A DNA stretch of 64,000 nt. Origin: Desulfomonilia bacterium (lineage in GTDB: Bacteria > Desulfobacterota > Desulfomonilia > UBA1062). The notes under the pieces are model-generated. The model did no database searches and was not told the DNA's origin. It saw nothing but the letters and a program-made list of their open reading frames with translations. Where the stretch lies: NCBI GenBank assembly GCA_036567785.1, contig DATCTV010000054.1, positions 18,408 to 82,407 on the forward strand. The letters run 5' to 3'. How positions within the stretch are numbered: the first letter of the stretch is position 1; every line of letters begins with the position of its first letter. This document shows positions 10,658 through 20,560 of the stretch, in pieces. Position numbers and translations under genes: made by a program.

Positions 10658-11560
10658 ATGTTTTCAAACGGGGTTCTCGAACAGATAGGAAACACACCGA
10701 TTGTCAGGCTAACTGCATCTACAGGCGCCAATATATATGCGAAGGCCGAGTATCTGAATCCGGGCGGAAGCATTAAGGACAGGATTGCGCTTTTCATGAT
10801 CGATGATGCGCTGAAAAGGGGCCTCCTTGATAAAGACACCATAATTGCCGAACCGACTTCAGGCAATACCGGTATAGGCATTTCACTGGTGGGAGGGTTG
10901 ATGGGGTTCAAAGTTATTATAGTTATGCCTGAAAATATGAGCCAGGAGAGGAGAAAGATTATACGTGCACTGGGTGCTGAGCTTGTACTTACACCTGCTG
11001 AAGAAAGCATTGAAGGTTCAATAAAAAAGGTTAATGAAATAAAGGAAGCATACGGAAATGTCTTCATTCCGAATCAGTTTGAAAATCAGGCCAATCCGCT
11101 TGCTCATTACATTACGACAGGGCCCGAGATATGGATGCAGCTGGGTCGTAATGTGGACATGTTCGTATCAGGACTCGGAAGCGGCGGAACACTTCAGGGC
11201 GTAGGAAAGTTTCTTAAAGAAAGAAACCCTTCAACCAAGATTGTTGCAGTTGAACCGAAGAATGTATCCGCCCTTCTCGGGCATGAACCCGGGCTTCACA
11301 GGATTGAAGGCATAGGGGATGGTTTTATACCCCCTGTCCTTGATACATCAATCATAGACGAGATCGTAGAAGTCGATGACGATGATGCCGTTGAAACGTC
11401 ACGATTACTTGCCAGGAAATCAGGACTCCTGGTGGGTACTTCTTCAGGTGCAAACGTCTGGGCCGCAACGCAGATGGCGAAGAAATACGGAAATCAGAAA
11501 GTGATAGCAACGATACTTGCAGACAGGGCGGAAAGATACTTCAGCACAAGTCTTATATAA
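10658..11560 (+). CDS. cysK: Cysteine synthase A
   Basis: IGNTP, KAEYLNPGGSIKDR (PLP Lys), EPTSGNTG, GSGGT, HRIEGIG. Confidence 0.9.
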   Translation: MFSNGVLEQIGNTPIVRLTASTGANIYAKAEYLNPGGSIKDRIALFMIDDALKRGLLDKDTIIAEPTSGNTGIGISLVGGLMGFKVIIVMPENMSQERRKIIRALGAELVLTPAEESIEGSIKKVNEIKEAYGNVFIPNQFENQANPLAHYITTGPEIWMQLGRNVDMFVSGLGSGGTLQGVGKFLKERNPSTKIVAVEPKNVSALLGHEPGLHRIEGIGDGFIPPVLDTSIIDEIVEVDDDDAVETSRLLARKSGLLVGTSSGANVWAATQMAKKYGNQKVIATILADRAERYFSTSLI

Positions 11561-11678
11561 AATTCAAGGAAAATTAATTCCATTTTTATTGCTATTCTTT
11601 GCCTCGAATATAAGGTGTTATAAATTTTAGAGGTTTTAATAGCAAGGAAATTAGCAATGTTACAATTTTCTTGGATTT

Positions 11679-11694
11679 TGGCATTAACATTGCT
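11679..11694 (+). promoter_or_regulatory. Sigma54 -24/-12 promoter
   Basis: TGGCATTAACATTGCT: GG-N10-GC spacing, matches TGGCAC-N5-TTGCW at all but one position; 40 nt before the ATG at 11735. Confidence 0.65.
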
Positions 11695-11734
11695 ACAATT
11701 TAATTTGTAATAATGTCTTCAGGAGGAAATAATT

Positions 11735-13111
11735 ATGAAAAGATTTTTTACATATACCATTATCTGTGCGCTCTTTGCCGTAATGCTGATGGGTGCGAGT
11801 TCCTGTAACTTCATGACATTGAAGGTTTTTACAAATAACAGCGCCTGTGAAACTGCGACTGCGACAATGATTTTATCTTATTATAAAGGCACCATGATTG
11901 GAATACCGCAAACATTTACATTTTACGATCCGGGGTTTGGGCCATACACCGCACCGGATCCCAATGCATCGTCATACAATTTTTTACCTTCACTGGACTA
12001 TATTATCACAGTTCAGGATCCGGGCAATGGTTTAACGGCTCCGGCCGGAATCTCCATTCCGAAGATAAAGGCATCCGGTAATGTAGAGGTTTATGCACCC
12101 TTCAGATATAAGGATGCGGATTCTGCACTGGTGGTCTGGAGCCTTGACGGCAATGGGTTGAACTATGCGACAGACGGTGCAGGATCAACGGTGAATGCTT
12201 TAAATATACCCGCCGAAGGGATATCCTGGATAAGTTATACCAACCCTACTGTCGTATTTCCTGAAGGTTCAAGAGATCATAATGGTATTAAAATTAACAA
12301 TAGCGCCACAACATCGCCTTCAGCGGTTATTGATTTCACCGGTGCGAAAGGCGTTACAATTGAGATGTGGATCAATGCAGATGCCGTATCAGGAAATGCA
12401 TTTAACCTGTTCCAGATCGGTGACAGCATGTCAGGATATTTTGACAGCAATGGAATTTCATTTACTGCGGGTTCGACAACAATAGCAGCAGAATCCACAT
12501 TAAGCTCCGGGGTATGGTATCATGTTGCATTTTTATACTCGAATGCGGCCATGAAGATTTATTTTAACGGCAGGGAAGTGGCATCGGCAATTGTAGTTCC
12601 AACAGGACTTACACCGACAGGCAGTACTCAGGTTTATGTCGGAGGAAACGCAACAGCTCCTTCGGTTAATCTGAGTCTGGATGAGGTCAAGATTTTCGCT
12701 TATGCAGCCAGACAGATTAATATCTCATATGACGCACTGATAGTACCTGAAGATACAGATAAAGACGGCATCTGGAATTCAATCGATAATTGCCCCAATA
12801 TGGCAAACCCGGACCAGATGGATACAGACCATGATGGTTACGGTAATGCATGTGATAATGACGACGATGGTGATGGTGTTCCTGATTCTTCTGACAACTG
12901 TCCGCTGTACCCGAATATCAATCAGCTTGACAGCGATGGCGATGGTTTGGGGAATGCCTGCGACAATTGTCCATTTGTAGCAAATCCCTTGCAGGAAGAT
13001 TATGACGGTGACGGTGTCGGAGATGTATGTGACAACTGTCCGACAATGTTTAATCCGGGACAGGAAGATACCGATCATGATGGTATCGGTGATATCTGCG
13101 ATCAGAACTGA
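11735..13111 (+). CDS. Lipoprotein with LamG/concanavalin-like domain and C-terminal thrombospondin type 3 repeats
   Basis: Lipobox GASSC; TIEMWIN..WYHVAF..KIYFNG..LDEVKIF; repeated DNCP..NP.Q.D.D.DG.G..CD. Confidence 0.85.
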   Translation: MKRFFTYTIICALFAVMLMGASSCNFMTLKVFTNNSACETATATMILSYYKGTMIGIPQTFTFYDPGFGPYTAPDPNASSYNFLPSLDYIITVQDPGNGLTAPAGISIPKIKASGNVEVYAPFRYKDADSALVVWSLDGNGLNYATDGAGSTVNALNIPAEGISWISYTNPTVVFPEGSRDHNGIKINNSATTSPSAVIDFTGAKGVTIEMWINADAVSGNAFNLFQIGDSMSGYFDSNGISFTAGSTTIAAESTLSSGVWYHVAFLYSNAAMKIYFNGREVASAIVVPTGLTPTGSTQVYVGGNATAPSVNLSLDEVKIFAYAARQINISYDALIVPEDTDKDGIWNSIDNCPNMANPDQMDTDHDGYGNACDNDDDGDGVPDSSDNCPLYPNINQLDSDGDGLGNACDNCPFVANPLQEDYDGDGVGDVCDNCPTMFNPGQEDTDHDGIGDICDQN

Positions 13112-13132
13112 GATTATAATACAGTTTGAACT

Positions 13133-13167
13133 AAAAAAAGAGGGGCTTATAAGCCCCTCTTTTTTTT
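13133..13167. terminator. Bidirectional rho-independent terminator
   Basis: A7-GAGGGGCTTATAAGCCCCTC-T8 palindrome between convergent genes. Confidence 0.9.
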
Positions 13168-13189
13168 ATATTTTTTCAGGAATGAATTA

Positions 13190-13978
13190 TTACGGAAGGA
13201 TGGAAATTTCTACTCGGCGGTTCATTGCCATGCCTTCCTCAGTACTGTTCGCAGCAATTGGACGGGTGTCTGCATAAGCTATTGCACACATCTTATCCCC
13301 GTTGATGCCGCCTGTTTCAAGGGCCTCCAGAACTGATAGTGCCCTTGTTTGAGAGAGGTACCAGTTATTCGGATATGTTTTTCTCAGGCTGTCAGGAATT
13401 GGTGATTTGTCCGTATGGCCGCCGACTTCGATATATGCAGGGTCAATTTGTTTTAATCCCTTTGCGATTTTAACAATAAGCTTTTCACCCTTTGGTTCCA
13501 GCCATGCGCTTTTGGGGCCGGCAAAAAGCTCTCTCTGCGGTATTATTATCTTTATTTTGTCATTATTCTTTATAATGAAAACCTGTTTTGCTTTACGTTC
13601 CAGGTCTAGCAGATTCAATATGTATTCATATGCCTTTACCGAACGGCTGCTGGTATCTTTTCTTTCCTGAATTATTGTTTTGTAGCTGGACATCTGTTGA
13701 AGAAGTGTCTTGTTGTACTGCAGTGCTTCGATGTTTCTGTCAAGAAGCCCCTGCATATCCTGAAGGCATTGGTCCTTATCGATTTTTGACTTTTTCAGAT
13801 CCTCTTCGAGGGCCGTAATCCTGGCCTTCATGATCGTGTTGTCCTGGGAAACTACTGCGCATGCCTGTTCGCATACTGAAAGCTGAGTCTCAACCGTTTT
13901 ATATTCGGATTCCGTATGTCTGTGTGCGCATCCTGTAATTAATAAAATGATTGGAAATATTATAAGATAACGGTTCAT
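13190..13978 (-). CDS. OmpA/MotB-family peptidoglycan-binding lipoprotein with coiled coil
   Basis: Lipobox ITGC; VGGHTD, NWYLSQTRA, NRRVEI. Confidence 0.85.
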   Translation of the reverse strand: MNRYLIIFPIILLITGCAHRHTESEYKTVETQLSVCEQACAVVSQDNTIMKARITALEEDLKKSKIDKDQCLQDMQGLLDRNIEALQYNKTLLQQMSSYKTIIQERKDTSSRSVKAYEYILNLLDLERKAKQVFIIKNNDKIKIIIPQRELFAGPKSAWLEPKGEKLIVKIAKGLKQIDPAYIEVGGHTDKSPIPDSLRKTYPNNWYLSQTRALSVLEALETGGINGDKMCAIAYADTRPIAANSTEEGMAMNRRVEISILP

Positions 13979-13996
13979 ATTTTACCTGCCTTGTGG

Positions 13997-14025
13997 AAAA
14001 TACCCTTAAACAAAAATTGTGTCAA
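13997..14025 (-). promoter_or_regulatory. Sigma70-type promoter of the OmpA/MotB gene
   Basis: Minus strand TTGACA-N17-TATTTT. Confidence 0.5.
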
Positions 14026-14073
14026 TGTGAAGGGGGTAATCAATATCTTAGTATATCCTTCAAGGGATCATTA

Positions 14074-14820
14074 TTATAGAGCGGTCAATATATGGGGTCC
14101 ATCCGGTGTTATGGCAATTGTATGTTCGAAATGTGCAGACAGTCTTCCATCGGCTGTCAGTGCAGTCCACTTGTCTTTTAATATCCTGATTTTCCACGTC
14201 CCCTGATTTATCATGGTTTCTATGGCCAGGGTCATTCCTGTTTCCAGAAGAGGTCCTGTGCCCTTTTTCCCATAATTGGGAATCTGTGGTTCTTCATGAA
14301 GTCTTTCACCAATGCCATGGCCCACAAAATCCCTTACAACTGAATATCCGGCATCTTCCGCGGTTTTCTGAATAGCCGAAGAAATGTCATAAAGCCTGTT
14401 TCCGGGAACTGCCTGTTCAATGCCAGCATGCATGGCGGCTTCGGAAGTCCGCATGAGAGCTTTGGCGTGAGCTGGCACTTCCCCAACGGGCAGGGTAATT
14501 GCGGCGTCAGAGTAGAAGCCGTTAAATAAAACACCGACGTCCAGACCGATTATGTCTCCTTCCTTCAGCTTTATCTGACCAGGTATACCATGGATTATGC
14601 AGTCATTGACAGATGTGCACAATGTTGCAGGATATCCCCTGTACCCCTTGAATGCGGGTTTTGCATTGTTCATGACTATGAACTTTTCCGCCTCTGAATC
14701 CAGCTGGGCTGTAGTAATTCCCGGTTGAACCATAGGCTTGATATGTTCAAAAAGCATTGCAAGGATTCTCCCTGCATCTCTCATCTTTGTTATTTCAAGG
14801 GGGGTCTTTCTCGGTATCAT
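14074..14820 (-). CDS. map: Methionine aminopeptidase type I
   Basis: CTSVND..HGIP, GLDVG, DAA, GHGIG..LHEEP, AIE, AHFEHT. Confidence 0.95.
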   Translation of the reverse strand: MIPRKTPLEITKMRDAGRILAMLFEHIKPMVQPGITTAQLDSEAEKFIVMNNAKPAFKGYRGYPATLCTSVNDCIIHGIPGQIKLKEGDIIGLDVGVLFNGFYSDAAITLPVGEVPAHAKALMRTSEAAMHAGIEQAVPGNRLYDISSAIQKTAEDAGYSVVRDFVGHGIGERLHEEPQIPNYGKKGTGPLLETGMTLAIETMINQGTWKIRILKDKWTALTADGRLSAHFEHTIAITPDGPHILTAL

Positions 14821-15695
14821 CAGTTCAGGACCTTTTTCAGCGGATATTCTATGATTCCCTTTGCTCCGGCTTTGAGAAGTTTCGGTATAAGGTCCCTGGC
14901 CTGAGATTCCTTGATTATTGTTTCGACCGACAACCAGTTCTTGTCATGCAAAGTTGAAACAGTTGGTGATGTCATTGCGGGCAGCATCGATATTATTTCA
15001 TCTCTGCCCTCGACAGGGACATTCATTTTAAGGCCGGTCATATCTGATGCGGCAAGCGCGCTTTTAAGCATCATCGAGACCTGTTCAATCTTGTTTCTTT
15101 TTGCTTCATCTCTCCATGATTCCCTGTTGGCTATTATCTTGGTGTTTGTAACGAGAAGATCCTGCAAAATCTTAAGATTATGGGCTTTTATCGTCGAGCC
15201 TGTTTCTGTTACTTCGACAATGGCATCAACCAGACCGTCAACAACCTTTGCCTCTGTTGCTCCCCATGAAAATTCGACGTCAACATTTATACCGCGTTCC
15301 GTGAAATATTTTTTTGTATAATTGACAAGCTCGGTTGCAATTTTTTTGCCCTCGAGGTCTTCAGCCTTTTTTATATTCGAGTTTTCTGCTACAGCCAGTA
15401 CCCATCTTGCCGGTTTTGCGGTTGCCTTTGAATAGACAAGGTCTGCCACTATCTCGACATCGCTTTCATTTTCCAGTATCCAGTCAAGCCCGGTCAAAGC
15501 CATGTCAAACAGGCCGTTTTCCACATATCGGGATATTTCCTGAGCACGAACAAGCGCACATTCAATTTCCGGGTCATCAATGGTCGGAAAATAGCTTCGT
15601 GAACTCGGTACAATACGCCATCCGGCGTCCTTGAACAGGTCTATCGTGGACTGTTGAAGGCTCCCCTTTGGTATTGCAAGCCTTATAATACTCAT
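14820..15695 (-). CDS. hisG: ATP phosphoribosyltransferase, long form
   Basis: [32 protein letters not shown]-terminal regulatory domain PTVSTL. Confidence 0.95.
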   Translation of the reverse strand: MSIIRLAIPKGSLQQSTIDLFKDAGWRIVPSSRSYFPTIDDPEIECALVRAQEISRYVENGLFDMALTGLDWILENESDVEIVADLVYSKATAKPARWVLAVAENSNIKKAEDLEGKKIATELVNYTKKYFTERGINVDVEFSWGATEAKVVDGLVDAIVEVTETGSTIKAHNLKILQDLLVTNTKIIANRESWRDEAKRNKIEQVSMMLKSALAASDMTGLKMNVPVEGRDEIISMLPAMTSPTVSTLHDKNWLSVETIIKESQARDLIPKLLKAGAKGIIEYPLKKVLN

Positions 15696-16072
15696 TTTTT
15701 GTAAACCTCCTTTGGATCAAAAATCCTTTCGCCGTCTGTTATAAGTTTATTGTCAAAGACTTTTCTGTAAAAACATGACCTGTATCCTTCATGACATGCG
15801 GCATCACCTATCTGCTCCACTTTAATAAGCACCGCATCTTGGTCACAATCTACCAGTATCTCATGAACGATCTGGACATTTCCGGATTCTTCCCCTTTCC
15901 TCCATAATCTGTTTCTTGAACGGCTGAAATAGCAGGCCCTGCCTGTTGCAAGAGTTTCCTCAAAGGCCTCTTTGTTCATCCATGCTATCATCAGAACCTC
16001 GCCGGTTCTGTAATCCTGGGCAATTGCCGCAACGAGTCCGCCTGATTTTTCATAATCCAACATTATGCTCAT
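15692..16072 (-). CDS. hisI: Phosphoribosyl-AMP cyclohydrolase
   Basis: [33 protein letters not shown]; SD GGAGG supports start 16072. Confidence 0.95.
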   Translation of the reverse strand: MSIMLDYEKSGGLVAAIAQDYRTGEVLMIAWMNKEAFEETLATGRACYFSRSRNRLWRKGEESGNVQIVHEILVDCDQDAVLIKVEQIGDAACHEGYRSCFYRKVFDNKLITDGERIFDPKEVYKK

Positions 16073-16204
16073 AATATGCCTCCGCTTATCAGCGCTTAAC
16101 AAATATGCTCTTGGCGGTCAAGGATTCCATCCTTCAGGAATACATTTATTCAACAGGCCTCAGAAAGCGGCATGTCTATTGAATGTTCTTGACATAGTCC
16201 TGAA

Positions 16205-16576
16205 ATGGCTTATATTTTTCCACTAATGCCGTACATCAAGGAAAAAAGGATATTCGAACGAATTCCGGTGCCCAATGTCTTTGGCCTGGTAGAGGTCAAA
16301 GGTGTCCGAAAAGATGTATCAATCGTCAACGCATGCAGCGGAGGTATGTGTATATCCGGTGCAGCCGTACCGATAGGGACTGTTGTCAAACTCCATATTG
16401 ACCAGCCTGAGTCTGCACAGGGCAAAATATCTCTGTACTGTAAAGTTGTGTGGGCTCAGAAAAACAACGGAAGTTCCATGTCCGGTCTGGCCCTTCTAAA
16501 CACCAACAGGATACTTTTTGAAAAGGATCTGGAATACTACGGTAAAATGCTTGAAGCTGTCGTCATTGAAAAATAG
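16205..16576 (+). CDS. PilZ domain protein
   Basis: RIFER (RxxxR) and NACSGG (variant of D/NxSxxG); CKVVW. Confidence 0.75.
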   Translation: MAYIFPLMPYIKEKRIFERIPVPNVFGLVEVKGVRKDVSIVNACSGGMCISGAAVPIGTVVKLHIDQPESAQGKISLYCKVVWAQKNNGSSMSGLALLNTNRILFEKDLEYYGKMLEAVVIEK

Positions 16577-16591
16577 GCCGTTATTGACTGA

Positions 16592-17566
16592 TTAACCGCC
16601 GATCCTGTTCATATCCCCTTTTCCATTTTTTCCATCTATGTGTATTCCATGACCTGGTTTTAATTTTACTGATTCCTTTATAAATGAAGACAATTCCTTA
16701 TCGCTGATTCCTTTCCTCATTATACTGAGCAGATCAATGCTGTCTTCCGAAAAAAGGCATAGTTTAAGATGTCCGTTTGCAGTAAGCCTTATGCGGTTGC
16801 AGCGACTGCAGAATGAATGTTCGCTCATGGGATCGATAAAACCGATTTTACCCTTTGCCCCTTTTATTTTGAAAACTCTAGCCGGACCGAGGCCGCCTTT
16901 AACGGGATCAAGTGTCCCATATTCGGATTCAATGATATCCTTGAGTTCTTCTGCCTTGAAAACATTGCCGTTACCGAATCTGGCAGCACATCCCATCGGC
17001 ATCAGCTCGATAAAGCGTATCTCTATGTCTTTATCAAGCGCATGCATGGCAAAATTGATTATTTCATCATCATTGAATCCTGATATTGCGACCACATTTA
17101 TTTTTACTATGAATCCAAGCTCTATCGCTTTCTCGATGCCCCTCATCACATTATCAAAGGCATCGACTCTGGTAATATATGAGTACTTTTCTTTTTTAAG
17201 GGTATCCAGACTTATATTCAGTCTGGTGATGCCTGCCGACTTCAGGTCTTGAGCTGCTTCATAAAGGAGAACGCCATTTGTTGTAAGCGATAGGTCATTG
17301 ATTCCTTCAATTTCTTTTATCCTTTCAATGAAGCCCAATAAGCCTTTTCTGATGAGAGGCTCACCACCCGTAAGACGGACTTTATCAACCCCCATTTCCG
17401 AGCATATATGAATAATTCTAAGCATTTCCTCATAGCGCATGATGCCTTCATGAGGAAGCCACTGAACTTCTTCATCCGGCATGCAGTACCTACATCTGAG
17501 ATTGCACCTGTCGGTTATGGAAATGCGCAGATACCTTATTTTTCTTGAAAAACCGTCAATCAACAT
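16592..17566 (-). CDS. moaA: GTP 3',8-cyclase
   Basis: YLRISITDRCNLRCRYCM, LTGGEP, FCSRCNRIRLTANG.LKLCL, C-terminal IGG. Confidence 0.95.
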   Translation of the reverse strand: MLIDGFSRKIRYLRISITDRCNLRCRYCMPDEEVQWLPHEGIMRYEEMLRIIHICSEMGVDKVRLTGGEPLIRKGLLGFIERIKEIEGINDLSLTTNGVLLYEAAQDLKSAGITRLNISLDTLKKEKYSYITRVDAFDNVMRGIEKAIELGFIVKINVVAISGFNDDEIINFAMHALDKDIEIRFIELMPMGCAARFGNGNVFKAEELKDIIESEYGTLDPVKGGLGPARVFKIKGAKGKIGFIDPMSEHSFCSRCNRIRLTANGHLKLCLFSEDSIDLLSIMRKGISDKELSSFIKESVKLKPGHGIHIDGKNGKGDMNRIGG

Positions 17567-17622
17567 GCTTGCCCGTTCTCCACAGGCCATACTGTATTGC
17601 ATCCCTGACGGGTTGTGTCAAA

Positions 17623-18141
17623 TTATAGATTTGCCAGGCCTTCGATTTCCAGAAGATAGCGTTTTTTTTCTAACCCTGAACTGTATCCCCCGATTGTCGA
17701 AGCTGCTATAACCCTGTGGCATGGTACAATAATTATCAGGGGATTTCTGCCGCATATCCCGCCGACTGCCCTTGCAAGCCCCTTATTCCCTGCATCAGCT
17801 GCTATTGAACCATAGGTTTTTGTCTCTCCATATGGGATTTCGGAGATTATCTTCATTACTGTTTCGGAAAGGTTCCCTGGAGTTGTTTTATGCCCGATTT
17901 TTCTCAGCCAGAGGGTATCATTGTTTCTAAAATACAAGCCGCCGGTAAAAACCTTCAGAGAGCCTTTCAGATAAAGAGAAAGCTCATCGGTGAACCAGTC
18001 GAGTTCTCCTTTGTGATCCGGGATGCCGGTGTTTATTGTCGGTTCCCACGAAACTGAGGTTATAAAGTCCTTGTTGCCTGTTATAAAGATATTTCCCAGT
18101 GCCGTATTAATCTTGCATTTATGCAGATTTGTCTGTTCCAT
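17623..18141 (-). CDS. ogt: Methylated-DNA--protein-cysteine methyltransferase
   Basis: IPYGETKTY, ARAVG, NP..IIVPCHRV; start uncertain (18141 or 18159). Confidence 0.88.
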   Translation of the reverse strand: MEQTNLHKCKINTALGNIFITGNKDFITSVSWEPTINTGIPDHKGELDWFTDELSLYLKGSLKVFTGGLYFRNNDTLWLRKIGHKTTPGNLSETVMKIISEIPYGETKTYGSIAADAGNKGLARAVGGICGRNPLIIIVPCHRVIAASTIGGYSSGLEKKRYLLEIEGLANL

Positions 18142-19090
18142 TGGCACCATTAAAATCAATCATGCCTACAAGCCTTTCAAGGAGCAGTCTTGTTCTTCTC
18201 TGTTCTTCGAGAATTGCATCCATTGTTCTTTCAAGTCCGTGATTAACCACCTTCTCGTCAAAAGATACTTCCCTTACAGATGATGGATTGGAATCGATGG
18301 CGGCAAGCCTTATAAGGCGTGAAAAAAATTTGTCCGTTTTTGTTTCAATTTCTTTCTGGCTTAGCAGCGTCGATGTTATCATCCTATAGCATCTGGCAGT
18401 ATCGGATGTCGGGTGTTTAACGATCAACGGGATATGTTCGCCTGCAGCAGGAATGGATATATCATCAAGTAAGACAGGGCCAACGTAATTGATGTGAGTA
18501 TTTACAAAGCGCTGTGAGACAAGAGAGAGCTTCCTGAATAGTTCGTGGCCGGCGGAATAGTCCTTGACCATGCTTGCAAACATCGAGAATCTCGGATTTT
18601 CCCCATTCGACCGTAATTCCTTTATCAATGCATATGACCCGGTGAGGGATTTGTCGTCATTGTTTATGGCGATGACGATTTCAGGTGCACCTGAAAGAAA
18701 GCCCAATGTCCTGCTTGAAACCCCGCTGGGGGCATCGGCTATGATAAAATCATATTTTGCCGTTATGTTTTCCAGGTCTTTGCTGATGCAGTTAACCCTG
18801 TCTTCATCGGGAACATCGATAATTCTTAGCCCTGACGATGCAGGGATAAGGTCAATTTTATATCCGGTTTTGATTATAATATTTTCAGGATTGGCATCAC
18901 CTGCAATAACATCCACGAGTGTTTTAAGGGGCATTATTCCCATCATTACATCCAGGTTGCTCAGGCCCATATCCGCATCCACAAGCAGAACCTTGAAATC
19001 CATTTTGCCCAGAGCTATACCGGCGTTAAGGACGAAGCTCGTCCTTCCGACACCATCTGACCCTGAAGTAACAGTAATAAGTCTTGGCAT
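18119..19090 (-). CDS. FlhG/FleN/MinD-family protein with degenerate Walker A
   Basis: VLLVDADMGLSNLDV, IDLIPASSG, FIIADAPSG; P-loop reads GSDGVGRT instead of GKGGVGKT. Confidence 0.8.
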   Translation of the reverse strand: MPRLITVTSGSDGVGRTSFVLNAGIALGKMDFKVLLVDADMGLSNLDVMMGIMPLKTLVDVIAGDANPENIIIKTGYKIDLIPASSGLRIIDVPDEDRVNCISKDLENITAKYDFIIADAPSGVSSRTLGFLSGAPEIVIAINNDDKSLTGSYALIKELRSNGENPRFSMFASMVKDYSAGHELFRKLSLVSQRFVNTHINYVGPVLLDDISIPAAGEHIPLIVKHPTSDTARCYRMITSTLLSQKEIETKTDKFFSRLIRLAAIDSNPSSVREVSFDEKVVNHGLERTMDAILEEQRRTRLLLERLVGMIDFNGANGTDKSA

Positions 19091-19235
19091 GATAATTACC
19101 TCTATTACATTACAACCAGTACTACAACACCAGCAAATAGAGTATTTTTCAATAGCAAATTTATCCTTGCAATTGAGCAGGTGTCTTCAGATATGATATG
19201 TACACCAAAGCATTTAAAATAGACAGGAGAATTGA

Positions 19236-19664
19236 ATGTCCACTCACGTGACAAGCGATGATCTGAAAAGGTATTTTCTTAAGGATAGATTTGCGTCCTA
19301 TATAGGCATCGAACTTTTAGATGCCGGAGATGGCAGGGCAAAGGCCAGGCTTGAAATCAAACCGCATCATCTTAACGGCGTGGGTATCGTACACGGGGGC
19401 GTCACATACACTCTTGCAGACCTTGCATTCGCTGCAGCAGTCAATTCAAGAGGGCATGTGGCACTGGCGATAAGCAACACCATATCTTATGTGAAGGCGC
19501 CGAAGGGAACGGTTATCTTTGCAGAGGCTGCAGAAGTGACAGCAAACCAGAGGCTTGCCACCTATGCAGTTAATATATTTGACGAAGAAGGCGAAATCGT
19601 ATGTGTTTTTCAGGGAATGGCCTATAAAAAGAGCCAGAAAGTGGATTATTTTGAAACAGCCTGA
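19236..19664 (+). CDS. PaaI family thioesterase
   Basis: HLNGVGIVHGGVTYTLADLAFAAA hotdog motif. Confidence 0.9.
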   Translation: MSTHVTSDDLKRYFLKDRFASYIGIELLDAGDGRAKARLEIKPHHLNGVGIVHGGVTYTLADLAFAAAVNSRGHVALAISNTISYVKAPKGTVIFAEAAEVTANQRLATYAVNIFDEEGEIVCVFQGMAYKKSQKVDYFETA

Positions 19665-19693
19665 GGAACCGCCGGATAATTGCCAGGCAGCCG

Positions 19694-20242
19694 TCAGAAG
19701 ATTCTTATCATTATAAATATTGCCAGCAGCGCCACACCGATGGCAACCTGGTGTTCATTGTTTTCTATAGCCTGTGCGAACGACCAGGGTTTCATTTCAG
19801 CATCCGAGTAAGGAAGAGTTTTAGTGGGTATTAGATAAGGTACTTCGCTTTTATATTTCAGGAATTTTTCCCCGAAGTGCTTTTCAAGTCTTGCCCATTC
19901 CTTTTCCTGCTTTCGCGGGATGTATGACAGGAAATAAACCGCTGTTGCAATAACCCATATGACCGAATTTCTTGCCATGATGCACATGCCCGTTGCTATT
20001 ATAAAACTCCCGAGATACATCGGAGATTGGATATATGCATAAGGTCCTGAAGTTGTGAGCTCTTCATTCTTCTTTATATGACCGGTTGCCCAGAAACGAA
20101 GCGCCTCCCCAGCTGCGACAATCAGAATACCGAAGAAGCATGCCATAACTGATGGATTTGCCAGTATTACAAGCAGTCCGGTCATGGCATAAAGAACCGC
20201 TGTCCTGCTTGTTATTTTTTCCAGTTTTCGCTGGATATCCAT
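19694..20242 (-). CDS. Isoprenylcysteine carboxyl methyltransferase/PEMT-family membrane protein
   Basis: GEALRFWATG, LTTSGPYAYIQSPMYLG, LEKHFGEKFLKY..VP. Confidence 0.75.
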   Translation of the reverse strand: MDIQRKLEKITSRTAVLYAMTGLLVILANPSVMACFFGILIVAAGEALRFWATGHIKKNEELTTSGPYAYIQSPMYLGSFIIATGMCIMARNSVIWVIATAVYFLSYIPRKQEKEWARLEKHFGEKFLKYKSEVPYLIPTKTLPYSDAEMKPWSFAQAIENNEHQVAIGVALLAIFIMIRIF

Positions 20243-20275
20243 TCCTGCCTCCTCGAGACGATATGTTTGAGTAGA

Positions 20276-20560
20276 CTATACGGTCCCTTCTTCCTGTTTC
20301 AGACCGCGCCAGCCAAGATAGCAAAGTGCCGATATGGCCGCAAGTCCGAGCTTGTGTTTCAGGAGGAAGGACAGAAGTATCCTAAGAAATTTAATTGCCA
20401 TTTTCAGACCTATAATTGAGGCGATAATCAGAACGACAATTTTTATTCCATTGACCGCATCCTCTTTCAAAAACCCGTACCTGATGCCGAGTTCACTTCT
20501 GAGGGCCTTTAATTCAGCAATCAGGGCATCAATATCCTTTCTCATTTCTGTCTCAGACAT
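20276..20560 (-). CDS. Hypothetical small membrane-anchored coiled-coil protein (YqjK/DUF3618-like position)
   Basis: Amphipathic N-terminus plus two hydrophobic segments; overlaps the upstream holin-like gene. Confidence 0.55.
   Translation of the reverse strand: MSETEMRKDIDALIAELKALRSELGIRYGFLKEDAVNGIKIVVLIIASIIGLKMAIKFLRILLSFLLKHKLGLAAISALCYLGWRGLKQEEGTV

Noticed and set aside
12740-13110. Repetitive DNA at the end of the LamG gene
   Set aside because: It encodes TSP3 protein repeats in frame; there is no repeat-spacer structure, so it is not CRISPR.
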